From the IMG/VR virus record IMGVR_UViG_3300020182_000024: DNA of 20,000 nt; one strand, written 5' to 3'. The stretch is from an uncultured virus (IMG/VR IMGVR_UViG_3300020182_000024). Its lineage: Duplodnaviria; Heunggongvirae; Uroviricota; Caudoviricetes. The notes beneath the pieces were generated by a model, which was not told where the DNA came from, searched no databases, and saw only the letters and a list, made by a program, of their open reading frames with translations. Position numbers and translations under genes: made by a program. Below, in pieces: positions 8,712 through 17,989 of the stretch. Within the stretch, counting starts at the first letter, position 1; each line of letters opens with the position of its first letter.

Positions 8712-9344
8712 TTATGCTCCTTCTTGTAATTTAGCGACTTTTTCTGCGATTTTCTCATTAAGAGATTTCTCAACGTCTTGTTCTGGTTGACCTTCATAGC
8801 CAAGCTCTTTATCAATTTCTTGATCTTGTTTAGCAGCTTTCTCTACATCAACCTTAGTTGTATATAACTCTTCAAATGCTTTGGTTAATTCAGTGCGCTC
8901 TTCTGCACTAACACCTTGCATAGCATCTACAACTTTATCTACATTAGATAAATTAAACTTACTTAATTCTGCACCAAGTTCTTTACTAACGAGTGCTTTT
9001 TTAAGTGTTGCAATTTCATCTTGCGCTTTTTGTAAAGCACTGGTTTCTTGATCTGACATTTCGTTTCCTTTAGTCAAGTTTTCATCTTCCCCTGCATCAC
9101 TCTTGACAGAGGAGAGGGATTGGGCATCACCACCTTGTTTATACAAGGGAGTAAATTCTTCACCATACTTTTCTAGTAGGGCTGTTTGTTCTTCTGTTAA
9201 ATCTTCTTTACACGTATATCTATTCTTTAATAAGATAGTTTCCATACCAGAAGCAGCGAATCCTTGGGACTCATCTGTCATTGATATTTCAGATATATCT
9301 AAGTCATAAAGATTAGCCTTCGCTTTGCCATTAGATTCACTCAT
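8712..9344 (-). CDS. Capsid scaffolding protein (210 aa)
   Basis: Acidic coiled-coil protein between protease and decoration/capsid genes, with repeated [LV]xK[AS] motifs. Confidence 0.75.
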   Translation of the reverse strand: MSESNGKAKANLYDLDISEISMTDESQGFAASGMETILLKNRYTCKEDLTEEQTALLEKYGEEFTPLYKQGGDAQSLSSVKSDAGEDENLTKGNEMSDQETSALQKAQDEIATLKKALVSKELGAELSKFNLSNVDKVVDAMQGVSAEERTELTKAFEELYTTKVDVEKAAKQDQEIDKELGYEGQPEQDVEKSLNEKIAEKVAKLQEGA

Positions 9345-10095
9345 CTTCTATCTCCAATTTAATACCTTTAGCTCCGAAAGATGGTGCGCCTAATACACCA
9401 GATTTTTTATCTTCCCAAGCTAACTTATTATTCCATTTAGCAGATATAAGAGGAGTACCCGCTTTAACAAATTTATTACCTAATGTAGCATCTACTTCTT
9501 GAACCCAAGCTCTTTGCCAAGTAAAAGTGTTAGTCTTGTGTGCGTGGAATAAACCAGATGGTAATGTACCTTTATCAATCTTCTGATTAATATTATCTAC
9601 AGCTTTTCTAACCTCTTCTAATGATATAGTATCTCCATGTAGATCAACTTCACCAGCAGGTCGCCAGATAGGTTCAATAGAGATCATCTGCTCATCGTTG
9701 AAATCTTTAAGTAATTCAACTTCTTTCTTTTTAAAATACTTATCTAAGAAAGAAAATAAACTCTTTTCTGTAACTATAGTGTTATCTTCTTCTACACTAT
9801 TCAGTTTCCACTCTGTTAGCTTAATAGCCTCCATTACAGAGTCTTCTATCTCTACCTTGCCTACTTCATAAGTATAAGAGACAGCCCACTGGCGGTAGCG
9901 GCTTTTCTGACAATCCCACATAGAGAAGTAAACATAATTATCATCATGGTCTTCATAATAAGCCCACTCACCACAACCATTCATTTCAAATGCAGATTCA
10001 ATAGATTCTCGTAAGTATCTAACCTTATCTTGGTTGGTATTCTTATCTAATGACTCCTTAGATGGAGCTACTAGAATATCTTTTAATTTATTCAT
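9337..10095 (-). CDS. Prohead maturation protease, XkdF-like (252 aa)
   Basis: 'EVDLHGDTISLEEVRKAV', 'LFH' and 'WEDKKSGVLGAPSFGA' match XkdF-like serine proteases. It follows the portal gene. Confidence 0.82.
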   Translation of the reverse strand: MNKLKDILVAPSKESLDKNTNQDKVRYLRESIESAFEMNGCGEWAYYEDHDDNYVYFSMWDCQKSRYRQWAVSYTYEVGKVEIEDSVMEAIKLTEWKLNSVEEDNTIVTEKSLFSFLDKYFKKKEVELLKDFNDEQMISIEPIWRPAGEVDLHGDTISLEEVRKAVDNINQKIDKGTLPSGLFHAHKTNTFTWQRAWVQEVDATLGNKFVKAGTPLISAKWNNKLAWEDKKSGVLGAPSFGAKGIKLEIEDE

Positions 10096-10112
10096 ATTAG
10101 TCTCAATTACCC

Positions 10113-11612
10113 TTATGCTGCATTTTCACTGTTAGTATCACTACCTGCTCCTTCTGCTTGTGTATTGCCATTACCACTACCTTCTGAACCAGAAGATTTT
10201 AGGTCTTGTAAATCTATACCCCTTAATCCATCTATGGGTAATCCCATACCCGTAAACAATACTTCCAATGCAGAGTGTGTAGCAATACCGCTAGATGCTA
10301 ATCTATTAGCTGTCTTACCTAGTATTTCCATATCGGGTTTAGAAGGATCAGCAGCTTCAAAGTAAGGCATATCTTCCCAATCTAGTTGGATACCATTCTG
10401 TGCAAGTAATCTAGGAATGAGTTGTGTATTTATAATATCTACTTTCCACTCAACATTACGTTGGATATAATAATCATGAATAGTCATCTGATTAGATGAT
10501 TGAGCATTAGAGCCATGACCATCTTGACCTAGAATAATAAACTGTGCGCCGAATATATTATAAATACTTTTAGTTCTTTGCTCTATTACATCCGAAGTTT
10601 GATATTGCTTCCCTGTCCCATCAATCCCTTTATAATTTAATCCAAAATCATTGTGGCCTTTATCATCTCTACTACTGGGGATAATAATAACTGGCTTTTT
10701 ACCAACAGTTGAATCGGCTACACTTTGAATTAACTCATTATAACTTCTAGCTTCCTCTGGGTAGTTCTCTGGGTCATTACCCTTATCAATCATGTCATTA
10801 GGTAATTCTAATACAGCAACACCAGACATATCCTTTTGAATACCAATCAATTCCAACTGCTGAATCAAACACTTTTCAGCACTAGGCTCATAACATGGTA
10901 TTAATGGTGAATTACCTTGAGGGTTATTATCTGTAGGATTAAATTTAAAATGTAATAATTTATCAGAGGGTATAAAAGTATATTCAGGTTCTTTATAATA
11001 CCCATTATTAACAGCTGTATAGCTTATGTTACCTGTATTATAAGAGCCTAATGTCCTATTGGCCTTTAACATTGGCTTGAATACAACACCTTTTAAATCT
11101 CTATTATTTTTATCCCATACCCAACCATAGACAGAAGATTGTGTTCTAGGTGATAATTTCTTTAATACTATACTTCCCTTATACTTCCCATAAGTTCTTC
11201 TTTCGTAAACAGGATGTAATAAAGAGAATCCATGTACAATATCAGTACAGCTTGAGTTCATAGCCTCTCGCCATGATCCATGTGACATATTCCTAAAACA
11301 ATAATTTAAGAACTTAGCTGCCTCTTTACTCTTCTCGCTATCACCTTTAGGCTTAACTGAGCCATTATCTAAAGCATTAAGGGAAAGTACATTAGTCATG
11401 TCTACACAGTTATGAACTGCTGGGTCTGTAGAATACATCTCATGTGCAATATCAAAAAATCTAGGATATTGTAAATCCTTTGCTTTTTGAGTTTTAATAA
11501 ACCTCCCACCATCTACTACATAAGGTTGGCCTATTTCTGTTGCTACTGTATCTATGGAAAGTTTAGGATTAATAGATTCTGCTTTATCAAGACTTGTCTT
11601 TTCAGTAGACAT
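10113..11612 (-). CDS. Portal protein (Mu gp29/DUF935-like, 499 aa)
   Basis: Motifs 'HGFS', 'KKLSPRTQ', 'IPSDKLLHF...NPQGNSPL' and 'INTQLIPRLLAQNG'. It lies downstream of TerL. Confidence 0.9.
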   Translation of the reverse strand: MSTEKTSLDKAESINPKLSIDTVATEIGQPYVVDGGRFIKTQKAKDLQYPRFFDIAHEMYSTDPAVHNCVDMTNVLSLNALDNGSVKPKGDSEKSKEAAKFLNYCFRNMSHGSWREAMNSSCTDIVHGFSLLHPVYERRTYGKYKGSIVLKKLSPRTQSSVYGWVWDKNNRDLKGVVFKPMLKANRTLGSYNTGNISYTAVNNGYYKEPEYTFIPSDKLLHFKFNPTDNNPQGNSPLIPCYEPSAEKCLIQQLELIGIQKDMSGVAVLELPNDMIDKGNDPENYPEEARSYNELIQSVADSTVGKKPVIIIPSSRDDKGHNDFGLNYKGIDGTGKQYQTSDVIEQRTKSIYNIFGAQFIILGQDGHGSNAQSSNQMTIHDYYIQRNVEWKVDIINTQLIPRLLAQNGIQLDWEDMPYFEAADPSKPDMEILGKTANRLASSGIATHSALEVLFTGMGLPIDGLRGIDLQDLKSSGSEGSGNGNTQAEGAGSDTNSENAA

Positions 11613-11623
11613 CTATATTACCT

Positions 11624-11941
11624 TTATTTATTTTTACTAGGACGACCTGCTTTCTTTTCTTTAACTTCTTGCTTAACAGGAGCTTCTTCTACTTTCTCTT
11701 CTTTCACAGGTGTAGGTTCTTTAGCAGCTTCTTTAAGCATCACACATCTACCAACAACATTACCCTTAAAAAGTCTGAAGAAGGCATTGTGAACATTGAG
11801 TTGATCTTCTGTTGGTAATCTCCAACCACCATCCCAAGCATCTTGCATAGCTTTAGCAAATTCATATTCTGCTTTCATACCTACACCTTTCTGTAGGATA
11901 GTTAGCGTGTTATCTTTTTCTGATACAGTTAATCTTTTCAT
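11624..11941 (-). CDS. Hypothetical protein with a Lys/Glu-rich tail ending KKAGRPSKNK (105 aa)
   Basis: Fills the TerL-portal gap on the coding strand with 5 and 11 nt spacers. Confidence 0.75.
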   Translation of the reverse strand: MKRLTVSEKDNTLTILQKGVGMKAEYEFAKAMQDAWDGGWRLPTEDQLNVHNAFFRLFKGNVVGRCVMLKEAAKEPTPVKEEKVEEAPVKQEVKEKKAGRPSKNK

Positions 11942-11946
11942 ATTTA

Positions 11947-13542
11947 TTAATAGCCTCTGGATGACATCATATCTGCCATAAGTGTTGTTTGTTTAGTTTG
12001 TGAAAATTTTGGTATTGATACTACTCTTGTTTCTTTTGCTTTGTTAAAACACGTAGAGGTTGCATCCACCCAATCATCTTTTCTTGCGGATGTACTACTC
12101 TTAGATGGATCAAAGTTTTCTAACTCTTTTAACCATTTCTCTAATGTAACTGCATTAGGAAAACTATCTGGAACTATATAAACTAGACCAGTAGAACAAG
12201 CATTACAAAATGGTTGAAAATCTTTCATTTTCTTATCTGCTGTGTTGTTTGCAGATTTATCTTCTACAACATCAATACCTTCACATATCAATTTAGACAT
12301 TGTGTATGTATGGTCTGTAGTACCTGAGCCGCTATCCTTTACTAAAACAGTAGTACAATTATCTCCATCGAACTTAGCTTGTGAGAGAATTAAATTATCT
12401 CTTGCTCCTGCTAACTTTCTGAATCTACCATAAATCTTCTCAGATTCTTTCTTGGTGTCAAATTCTGAATCAATAACATTAGGATCGTAGTTGCCTAGTA
12501 TCCAGAAAAAACCTTGTTCATCTTTTAATATTTGAGGAGAAGCTGCTGTGTAATCCACAGCTGGGTTTTCTTTAGAAGGTTCTGTATATGCCTTATCCCA
12601 AGCCCTATATCTTCTAGCTGTGGATGGAATATCAGTTATCTTCTTAGCTTTCTCTCCATCTTCTCCCAATACCCACTCCCTCTTCCAAAGAGATGCACCT
12701 TTAGGTCTTGAATGCCAATTACCATATAACTGAGTATTTCTTTCGTGATCTTCTAAGTTATTTAGTTCTGATAAATAAGATGGGTTAGATGCAAGACCTA
12801 ACGGGTTATCAAATATATTAAAGAATACAAAAGTGAATGTTTTTGGTCTTACATATCTCTCTCCTTCTGGAGAAGTAGGATCTGGAACGTATACACATTC
12901 CCTATGGTTCTCTATAAACCACTCTTCCGAGTCACCAAATATAACTTCATCTTCTTTAATTACAAAATGTCTAATTATCCCCACTTTATCTGGATCTGGG
13001 AATCCTTCATCATTTAAGAAGAAATCTACCCAAGGTAAGCACCAAGAGTCTGGTGATGGGTTGAGCGTCCCTAACATAAAACTATCAACTTGAGCCTCAG
13101 AACGTAAGCACGTCATAAGGAATGCAACTTGACTTTGAGAGAATTTATCTATCTCATCAAATGCGATTAATGTTGCACCAGAGCCACGATGATCCTCTTT
13201 ATCTTTTTCATGGAACATATGACTATATTGTATTCGTGCGCCAGCTGGGAATTTCCAAGTAACAGCAGATGGTATGGAAGTACCTTTAAATAAGGGATAC
13301 ATACTCGTGGCCTTATCCCACAACCCATTACTTTGCATAATTTCTGCATATTTTCTACGGAAGTATATAGCTCTGAAATTAGGATCATTTACAAAAGGAA
13401 GAGAGGCCATAGTTAGTAGCTCACTTTTACCGCCAAAGCGCGAACCCCCCCATAACATAAAATCTACTTTGCCTAATAAACTGAATGCTAATTCCTGCTT
13501 CCCCTCTTGGGGTTTAATATCTTTCCAAGAGTTATAAGACAT
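11947..13542 (-). CDS. terL: Terminase large subunit (531 aa)
   Basis: Q motif 'PQEGKQ', Walker A 'GGSRFGGKS', Walker B 'LIAFDE', coupling motif 'TLNP', and nuclease-domain 'RAWD' and 'DDWVDA'. Confidence 0.95.
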   Translation of the reverse strand: MSYNSWKDIKPQEGKQELAFSLLGKVDFMLWGGSRFGGKSELLTMASLPFVNDPNFRAIYFRRKYAEIMQSNGLWDKATSMYPLFKGTSIPSAVTWKFPAGARIQYSHMFHEKDKEDHRGSGATLIAFDEIDKFSQSQVAFLMTCLRSEAQVDSFMLGTLNPSPDSWCLPWVDFFLNDEGFPDPDKVGIIRHFVIKEDEVIFGDSEEWFIENHRECVYVPDPTSPEGERYVRPKTFTFVFFNIFDNPLGLASNPSYLSELNNLEDHERNTQLYGNWHSRPKGASLWKREWVLGEDGEKAKKITDIPSTARRYRAWDKAYTEPSKENPAVDYTAASPQILKDEQGFFWILGNYDPNVIDSEFDTKKESEKIYGRFRKLAGARDNLILSQAKFDGDNCTTVLVKDSGSGTTDHTYTMSKLICEGIDVVEDKSANNTADKKMKDFQPFCNACSTGLVYIVPDSFPNAVTLEKWLKELENFDPSKSSTSARKDDWVDATSTCFNKAKETRVVSIPKFSQTKQTTLMADMMSSRGY

Positions 13543-13552
13543 ATACTACCTA

Positions 13553-13963
13553 TTATTTTATTGCTGTAACGTAACCCCCCATACTAGGAGTCTCTTCTTC
13601 TTTAGGGTTTTTATTCCCTTTGTTATTCTTAGAATCTTGTTTTTTCTTATACTCAAATATATCCACTTGAATATCAATGCCAATAAGTTCCTTAAAACAA
13701 TTAAAACTTAACTTAGGGTTGAAGCTAGGGTTAGATACTTTCTTAGGTTCACCTGTTTTATCATCTATCACTTCAATTTCAGGCTGCATAGCTAAAGTAG
13801 CTAATTCTTCAATTTGTCTAAAGTAGTGTTCCTTCCTCTTGCCAAGATATTCTTGAACTTGACGATTAGTCATACGACTATTCTTTACACCTTTTGGCCT
13901 ACCATTTAGATTACCTGAGTGGCCTTTCTTAAATTGGCCTTTCTCATTAATTTCTACAGTCAT
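13553..13963 (-). CDS. terS: Terminase small subunit candidate (DUF5681-type motif); start probably ATG 13963 rather than 13978
   Basis: 'GQFKKGHSGNLNGRPKG' motif directly upstream of TerL. ATG 13963 overlaps the upstream TGA (ATGA coupling). Confidence 0.7.
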   Translation of the reverse strand: MTVEINEKGQFKKGHSGNLNGRPKGVKNSRMTNRQVQEYLGKRKEHYFRQIEELATLAMQPEIEVIDDKTGEPKKVSNPSFNPKLSFNCFKELIGIDIQVDIFEYKKKQDSKNNKGNKNPKEEETPSMGGYVTAIK

Positions 13964-14298
13964 GTTTGTACCACCCACTGTTTTTTTATTGTTATTTCTT
14001 GAGGGTCTTCTCTTTCATATACCTCACCAGTGGTAGAGTTTCTAAACTCAACACCTAGTACATAATCACCCTCTGGGATATTAGTTTCTGCTGGAGTTAA
14101 TTTAATAAGGAATCTATCTTCTTCTGCATTCTTAGTAGTGACTTCCCTATCAACGCTCCCAGCGATACTCCCATCTCTTTTATCCCTTAATTGAATAAAA
14201 CAAGTCCAGTTAGTTAAATCTGTAACTATTACTCCATCTTGTTCTATATATACTTTTAAGGATTTAGAATTGCCTCTAACAACCTTCAACTTTGACAT
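13960..14298 (-). CDS. BppU-N / LtfC-like beta-sandwich adaptor (112 aa)
   Basis: The pattern 'VRGNS...DG..TDLTNWT...LTPAET..PEGDYVLGVEF' resembles stand-alone fibre-attachment beta-sandwich domains. Recognised by eye only. Confidence 0.55.
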   Translation of the reverse strand: MSKLKVVRGNSKSLKVYIEQDGVIVTDLTNWTCFIQLRDKRDGSIAGSVDREVTTKNAEEDRFLIKLTPAETNIPEGDYVLGVEFRNSTTGEVYEREDPQEITIKKQWVVQT

Positions 14299-14503
14299 TT
14301 ATCTCTCCATCTTGGATTGCTATGTCATCTTCTGTGATGACTACTTTATATTCTGTTGTAATATCTTCTACACTAATAGTAGGGGTAGAGTCACTTATTA
14401 TTATAGTATCTATGACAGTTTCTACCCCTATAGCATCAACAGGGACTAGATAATTATTAACTTCTCCTACCATTGCATTATTTAAACATGGTGTTAAAAT
14501 CAT
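14276..14503 (-). CDS. Small acidic Ile/Val-rich hypothetical protein (75 aa)
   Basis: ATGA-coupled to the 1066-aa gene and overlaps the next gene by 23 nt. Confidence 0.65.
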   Translation of the reverse strand: MILTPCLNNAMVGEVNNYLVPVDAIGVETVIDTIIISDSTPTISVEDITTEYKVVITEDDIAIQDGEINVKVEGC

Positions 14504-17500
14504 ACCTTATCATACCCTGCTGCATTTTCACCTAAATTAATAGGATTACCCTCTGCATCTTTTATTGCTACTCTTTTTAGCTCTGTTGTGCCATTATTAT
14601 CATAAGTGACAATAAAGTAAGCACCCTCTTTAGTAGATACCACAGTTACTCCATCTTGCCCTATATAACGAGTATTGTTGTCATGGTATTTAACCATAAG
14701 TTCTGTATCGCTCTTTATAGACTGAGATGTTGTCTCAAGAGATAAGCCATTCTGTATTTCATTTACAGTGGGTATATCACTTACTTCTGCTAATGTATCT
14801 AATCTAATATCATTACTAAGTAATGGATTAGTTGGTATGGAATCCACAGAGTCTTGTGTAGCTAAGCCATTCTGTATTTCTGTAACACTAGGAGGATTAG
14901 CCTTATAACTATCTTTATTAGTATAACTATCTAAAGCAGAATGTAGCTCTACTTCCGAAACTCCAGCATCACTAACATTAGCATCTAAGTAATCCAACCT
15001 GCTATCTGTAGTTAATACAGGGTTAGTAGGTATTGTACTCACTGTTTGAGCTATCTGGGTTATCTGTTGAGAGTTAGAGTTATACAACCTATCATTTGGA
15101 ACCCACTGTATGCTTGCATTAGAAGCCCCTGTGGTTATGATGGCTTCTCCTTTGTAATGCCTCCATATCCCCCCAAATATAACAAGTTCAGAATTAGGCT
15201 TATTATTTTTTAATTTTAACCTACCTCTAATTTCTATATTTCTTTCATCTGGAACGTAAGCAAGGCCTAGAGCATCATAATATAAAGCACCTAATGCAGT
15301 AGTGTTTATCCATCTCCACCAAGCAATACCTTTTTGACAGTCGAAACTATCATTTACATCATTAACATTAATCTCTACATCTGTGAAATTAGCTGTTAAT
15401 TCACCTCCATTACTAGAGTCAACTAGTGACCCATCGAAGCCCACTATACCATCAATAATCATATTATTATGAATTAGATCATCTTCTTGTGACTCGATCA
15501 ATGTAATACCTGATTCTGTCATAACTGCAAACAATCTTAGTGGTATTTTAGCTTCTACTCCTGATTGCCAATTAGCTTTAACTAATATAACATCACCTAG
15601 CTGAGTGGTAGATGTCCCTCCTACGAAGGTACTTGTGGTATAGCCTTGTCCACCAGATACAATAGAATTGTCTATCAAAGATGGCACAGTAATTATCTCT
15701 GCCCCATATTGATCAATAATCTTAGTTGATCTTGTATAGTTAATAACTACAACTCTAGTTCCATCTATTATGTTAGGGAGGTTAATAGCTAACTCATCTG
15801 CTGGAGTTTCCCATATATAATTAGGATCAAATCCACAGTTGATAAATATACCCTGTAGGTAAGATGTAGATGTAGTTCCTGCTACCCGTCTAACTTTTAT
15901 TTTAAATAACCACTGAGATGTATTCGTTATCCCTTGTGCAGCAATTTCTGCATTCCAATTAGATAATGTTAGGTCTTGATAAGTGGAATAAGTACCTGCT
16001 ATTGTCTTAATGCTAAATTGAATATTAAAGTTAGAAGTTTGACTCCCATTCAATTCTATTGATGTGGCTGCATATGTACCTGATACAATATTACTTTCTG
16101 TCTCTACTTCTACAGAAGTATTACCCAAATGAAGCCTAGAACCTATGTGTAGAATATCCGATTCACTTCCATTTATTATGGAAGTTTTACTATCACTTGC
16201 ATTATAAAAAGGATGAGATACTAAAGAGCCTAATGTTTTATCTAGTGATTTATATATCTCAGAAGAGTACATACCATAAGCAGGTGAAAAATCATAACCT
16301 ATTATTGAAGTCCTTAGGAACTGAGTATTTAAACAGGGTATATTACCTATATCATTATCTACGTTAGAAACAATATTTGCTAATAACCACTGCTTCTGAC
16401 TATATACATTTATATCTCTAGCACCTCTTTCAGATGTACCATTATGTTCTACATTTAGAATAGATCCACTAGAGGTTTGATTGAGGTTAAATACTTCATA
16501 AAATGTACTTCCCACTGGAGTTACTATGTTAGCTAGATGAACGTCTGTACCGATAGCTTGAACTAAATGACGCATTTGACTAGGCCAAGGCTCTGTACCA
16601 TACCTAGTGAATCTAGATATAGAGTGATTTACAGCCAAACCTTGGGATATTACTAGCCAATAAGGGCAAGTATCTCCTATCTTATAGGTTGTAGACCATA
16701 TTAAATTCTCTATCTCCCCACCTTGTTCATTATACACTCTATGAACACCACTGTTACCTACAAATGTCTTTAATGTGCCAATCCTACCAACACAATTAGG
16801 TCTGACTCTAGGATAAAAACTATTTGTTTTTTGTGTAACAAAATTACATCTTAATTCTTCTATATCGTAATAGAGAAGAGATGAATTATTAACTACTTCT
16901 GTTGAAGAGGTATTCTCTGTTTGAAATATAATCTTACCATGATCTCCCCTAGGAAGGTTTAATCTTGTATTCTCAGTACCCAAACCTATGTACACTAAAT
17001 TATCTATATCACTATCACTGAAAGAATCTGCTGTAAAGGCTTGAGTACTATCTATTATAGCGGAGTCTCTTATTCTATAAGTACCTCCGCTACGTAAATC
17101 TGGGTCTATTATAAATGTCTTCTCTATATCTAAGATAGAGCCAGAAGCATTAAACTGGCACTCATTAAATTCCCATACAATACTAGGTATCTGTACTGCA
17201 CCTGAAGGTATCTTTCCGTTAACTCCATCTCCAAATGAAACAATACCATTTGAGTATGTAAAATGCTCACCTCTAGCATCATTCCTTATATTAGAAAGGG
17301 ATGATACGCAAGTCCACTGTACATTATCAATTAGAAGGAAAGGAACTTTAGGGTAATCTCTTCCATCTAAATCTTGAGGAAGTGTTATAGTTATATCGGG
17401 TGTTACACCATCTGCAACTGGTAGGTCTATATACTGACCTCTGAATATGAAATTACCTCCACCCGTCAAGGTGGAATTGGTTGCAGGAGCATGTCTAATG

Positions 17501-17700
17501 AATATAGGATTAGTATTATTACCATTAACCCTTAATGTCCTAAACCTTGTATTTACAAACATAGTTAATATTTGTACTGTAGACTTCTCAATAATTAACT
17601 CCGAATCATTGGTAAAATCTATTACTACACCATCTACTAACTCAGGATTACCTTCTAGGTCATTTTCATAATCCATTACCCCTGATATAACTATTGCCAT
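14500..17700 (-). CDS. Large putative virion fibre/spike-like protein (1066 aa)
   Basis: Long uninterrupted ORF with an Asn/Ser/Ile/Thr-rich, beta-solenoid-like composition, a 'GIVSFGDGVNGKIP' motif and C-terminal repeats. The ORF is certain; the function is inferred. Confidence 0.55.
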   Translation of the reverse strand: MAIVISGVMDYENDLEGNPELVDGVVIDFTNDSELIIEKSTVQILTMFVNTRFRTLRVNGNNTNPIFIRHAPATNSTLTGGGNFIFRGQYIDLPVADGVTPDITITLPQDLDGRDYPKVPFLLIDNVQWTCVSSLSNIRNDARGEHFTYSNGIVSFGDGVNGKIPSGAVQIPSIVWEFNECQFNASGSILDIEKTFIIDPDLRSGGTYRIRDSAIIDSTQAFTADSFSDSDIDNLVYIGLGTENTRLNLPRGDHGKIIFQTENTSSTEVVNNSSLLYYDIEELRCNFVTQKTNSFYPRVRPNCVGRIGTLKTFVGNSGVHRVYNEQGGEIENLIWSTTYKIGDTCPYWLVISQGLAVNHSISRFTRYGTEPWPSQMRHLVQAIGTDVHLANIVTPVGSTFYEVFNLNQTSSGSILNVEHNGTSERGARDINVYSQKQWLLANIVSNVDNDIGNIPCLNTQFLRTSIIGYDFSPAYGMYSSEIYKSLDKTLGSLVSHPFYNASDSKTSIINGSESDILHIGSRLHLGNTSVEVETESNIVSGTYAATSIELNGSQTSNFNIQFSIKTIAGTYSTYQDLTLSNWNAEIAAQGITNTSQWLFKIKVRRVAGTTSTSYLQGIFINCGFDPNYIWETPADELAINLPNIIDGTRVVVINYTRSTKIIDQYGAEIITVPSLIDNSIVSGGQGYTTSTFVGGTSTTQLGDVILVKANWQSGVEAKIPLRLFAVMTESGITLIESQEDDLIHNNMIIDGIVGFDGSLVDSSNGGELTANFTDVEINVNDVNDSFDCQKGIAWWRWINTTALGALYYDALGLAYVPDERNIEIRGRLKLKNNKPNSELVIFGGIWRHYKGEAIITTGASNASIQWVPNDRLYNSNSQQITQIAQTVSTIPTNPVLTTDSRLDYLDANVSDAGVSEVELHSALDSYTNKDSYKANPPSVTEIQNGLATQDSVDSIPTNPLLSNDIRLDTLAEVSDIPTVNEIQNGLSLETTSQSIKSDTELMVKYHDNNTRYIGQDGVTVVSTKEGAYFIVTYDNNGTTELKRVAIKDAEGNPINLGENAAGYDKV
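14743..14880. repeat. 18-bp exact direct repeat inside the 1066-aa gene
   Basis: TAAGCCATTCTGTATTTC at 14743-14760 and 14863-14880, 120 nt apart, encoding EIQNGL twice. Confidence 0.85.
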
Positions 17701-17989
17701 AATCTCTCTCTAATAATTTCTGGGTATTTAATAGATTATTAAGTTCTTTGATATCTTCACTATCCTGAAATTCTCTATCTAAATAATTTTTATTTTCTAT
17801 ATCTAAGATAGCTTGATATACCAAAGAGGAAAAACCCTGTATATCTTCCACAGATTCTTCACAAGGAGGTGAACCTGTCCCTATACACAATTTGGAAAAA
17901 GCAGGGAATTTTATTCCTGAATCATGACTATTAATAGTGCCATCATCCCTAAGACTTACTTCTTCTCCACAAAATTGACACCTACTCAT
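17666..17989 (-). CDS. Hypothetical protein with a putative Zn-binding N-terminus (107 aa)
   Basis: CQFC...H...CIGTG pattern; overlaps both neighbouring genes. Confidence 0.65.
   Translation of the reverse strand: MSRCQFCGEEVSLRDDGTINSHDSGIKFPAFSKLCIGTGSPPCEESVEDIQGFSSLVYQAILDIENKNYLDREFQDSEDIKELNNLLNTQKLLERDYGNSYIRGNGL

Noticed and set aside
13167..13388. 73-aa minus-strand ORF inside terL
   Set aside because: Out-of-frame overlap with the conserved ATPase domain and no supporting signals.
11947..13542. Intron or intein in terL, or in the capsid/portal genes
   Set aside because: The ORFs are continuous, of ordinary length, and show no intein or homing-endonuclease motifs.
147..17671. Plus-strand ORFs in the track (147-338, 468-794, 822-1172, 1356-1583, 1932-2129, 2618-2950, 4409-4600, 4994-5206, 5679-5894, 9103-9309, 10165-10365, 11487-11792, 12242-12433, 12833-13093, 13274-13537, 17447-17671)
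   Set aside because: They are antisense shadows of well-supported minus-strand structural genes, with no recognisable motifs.
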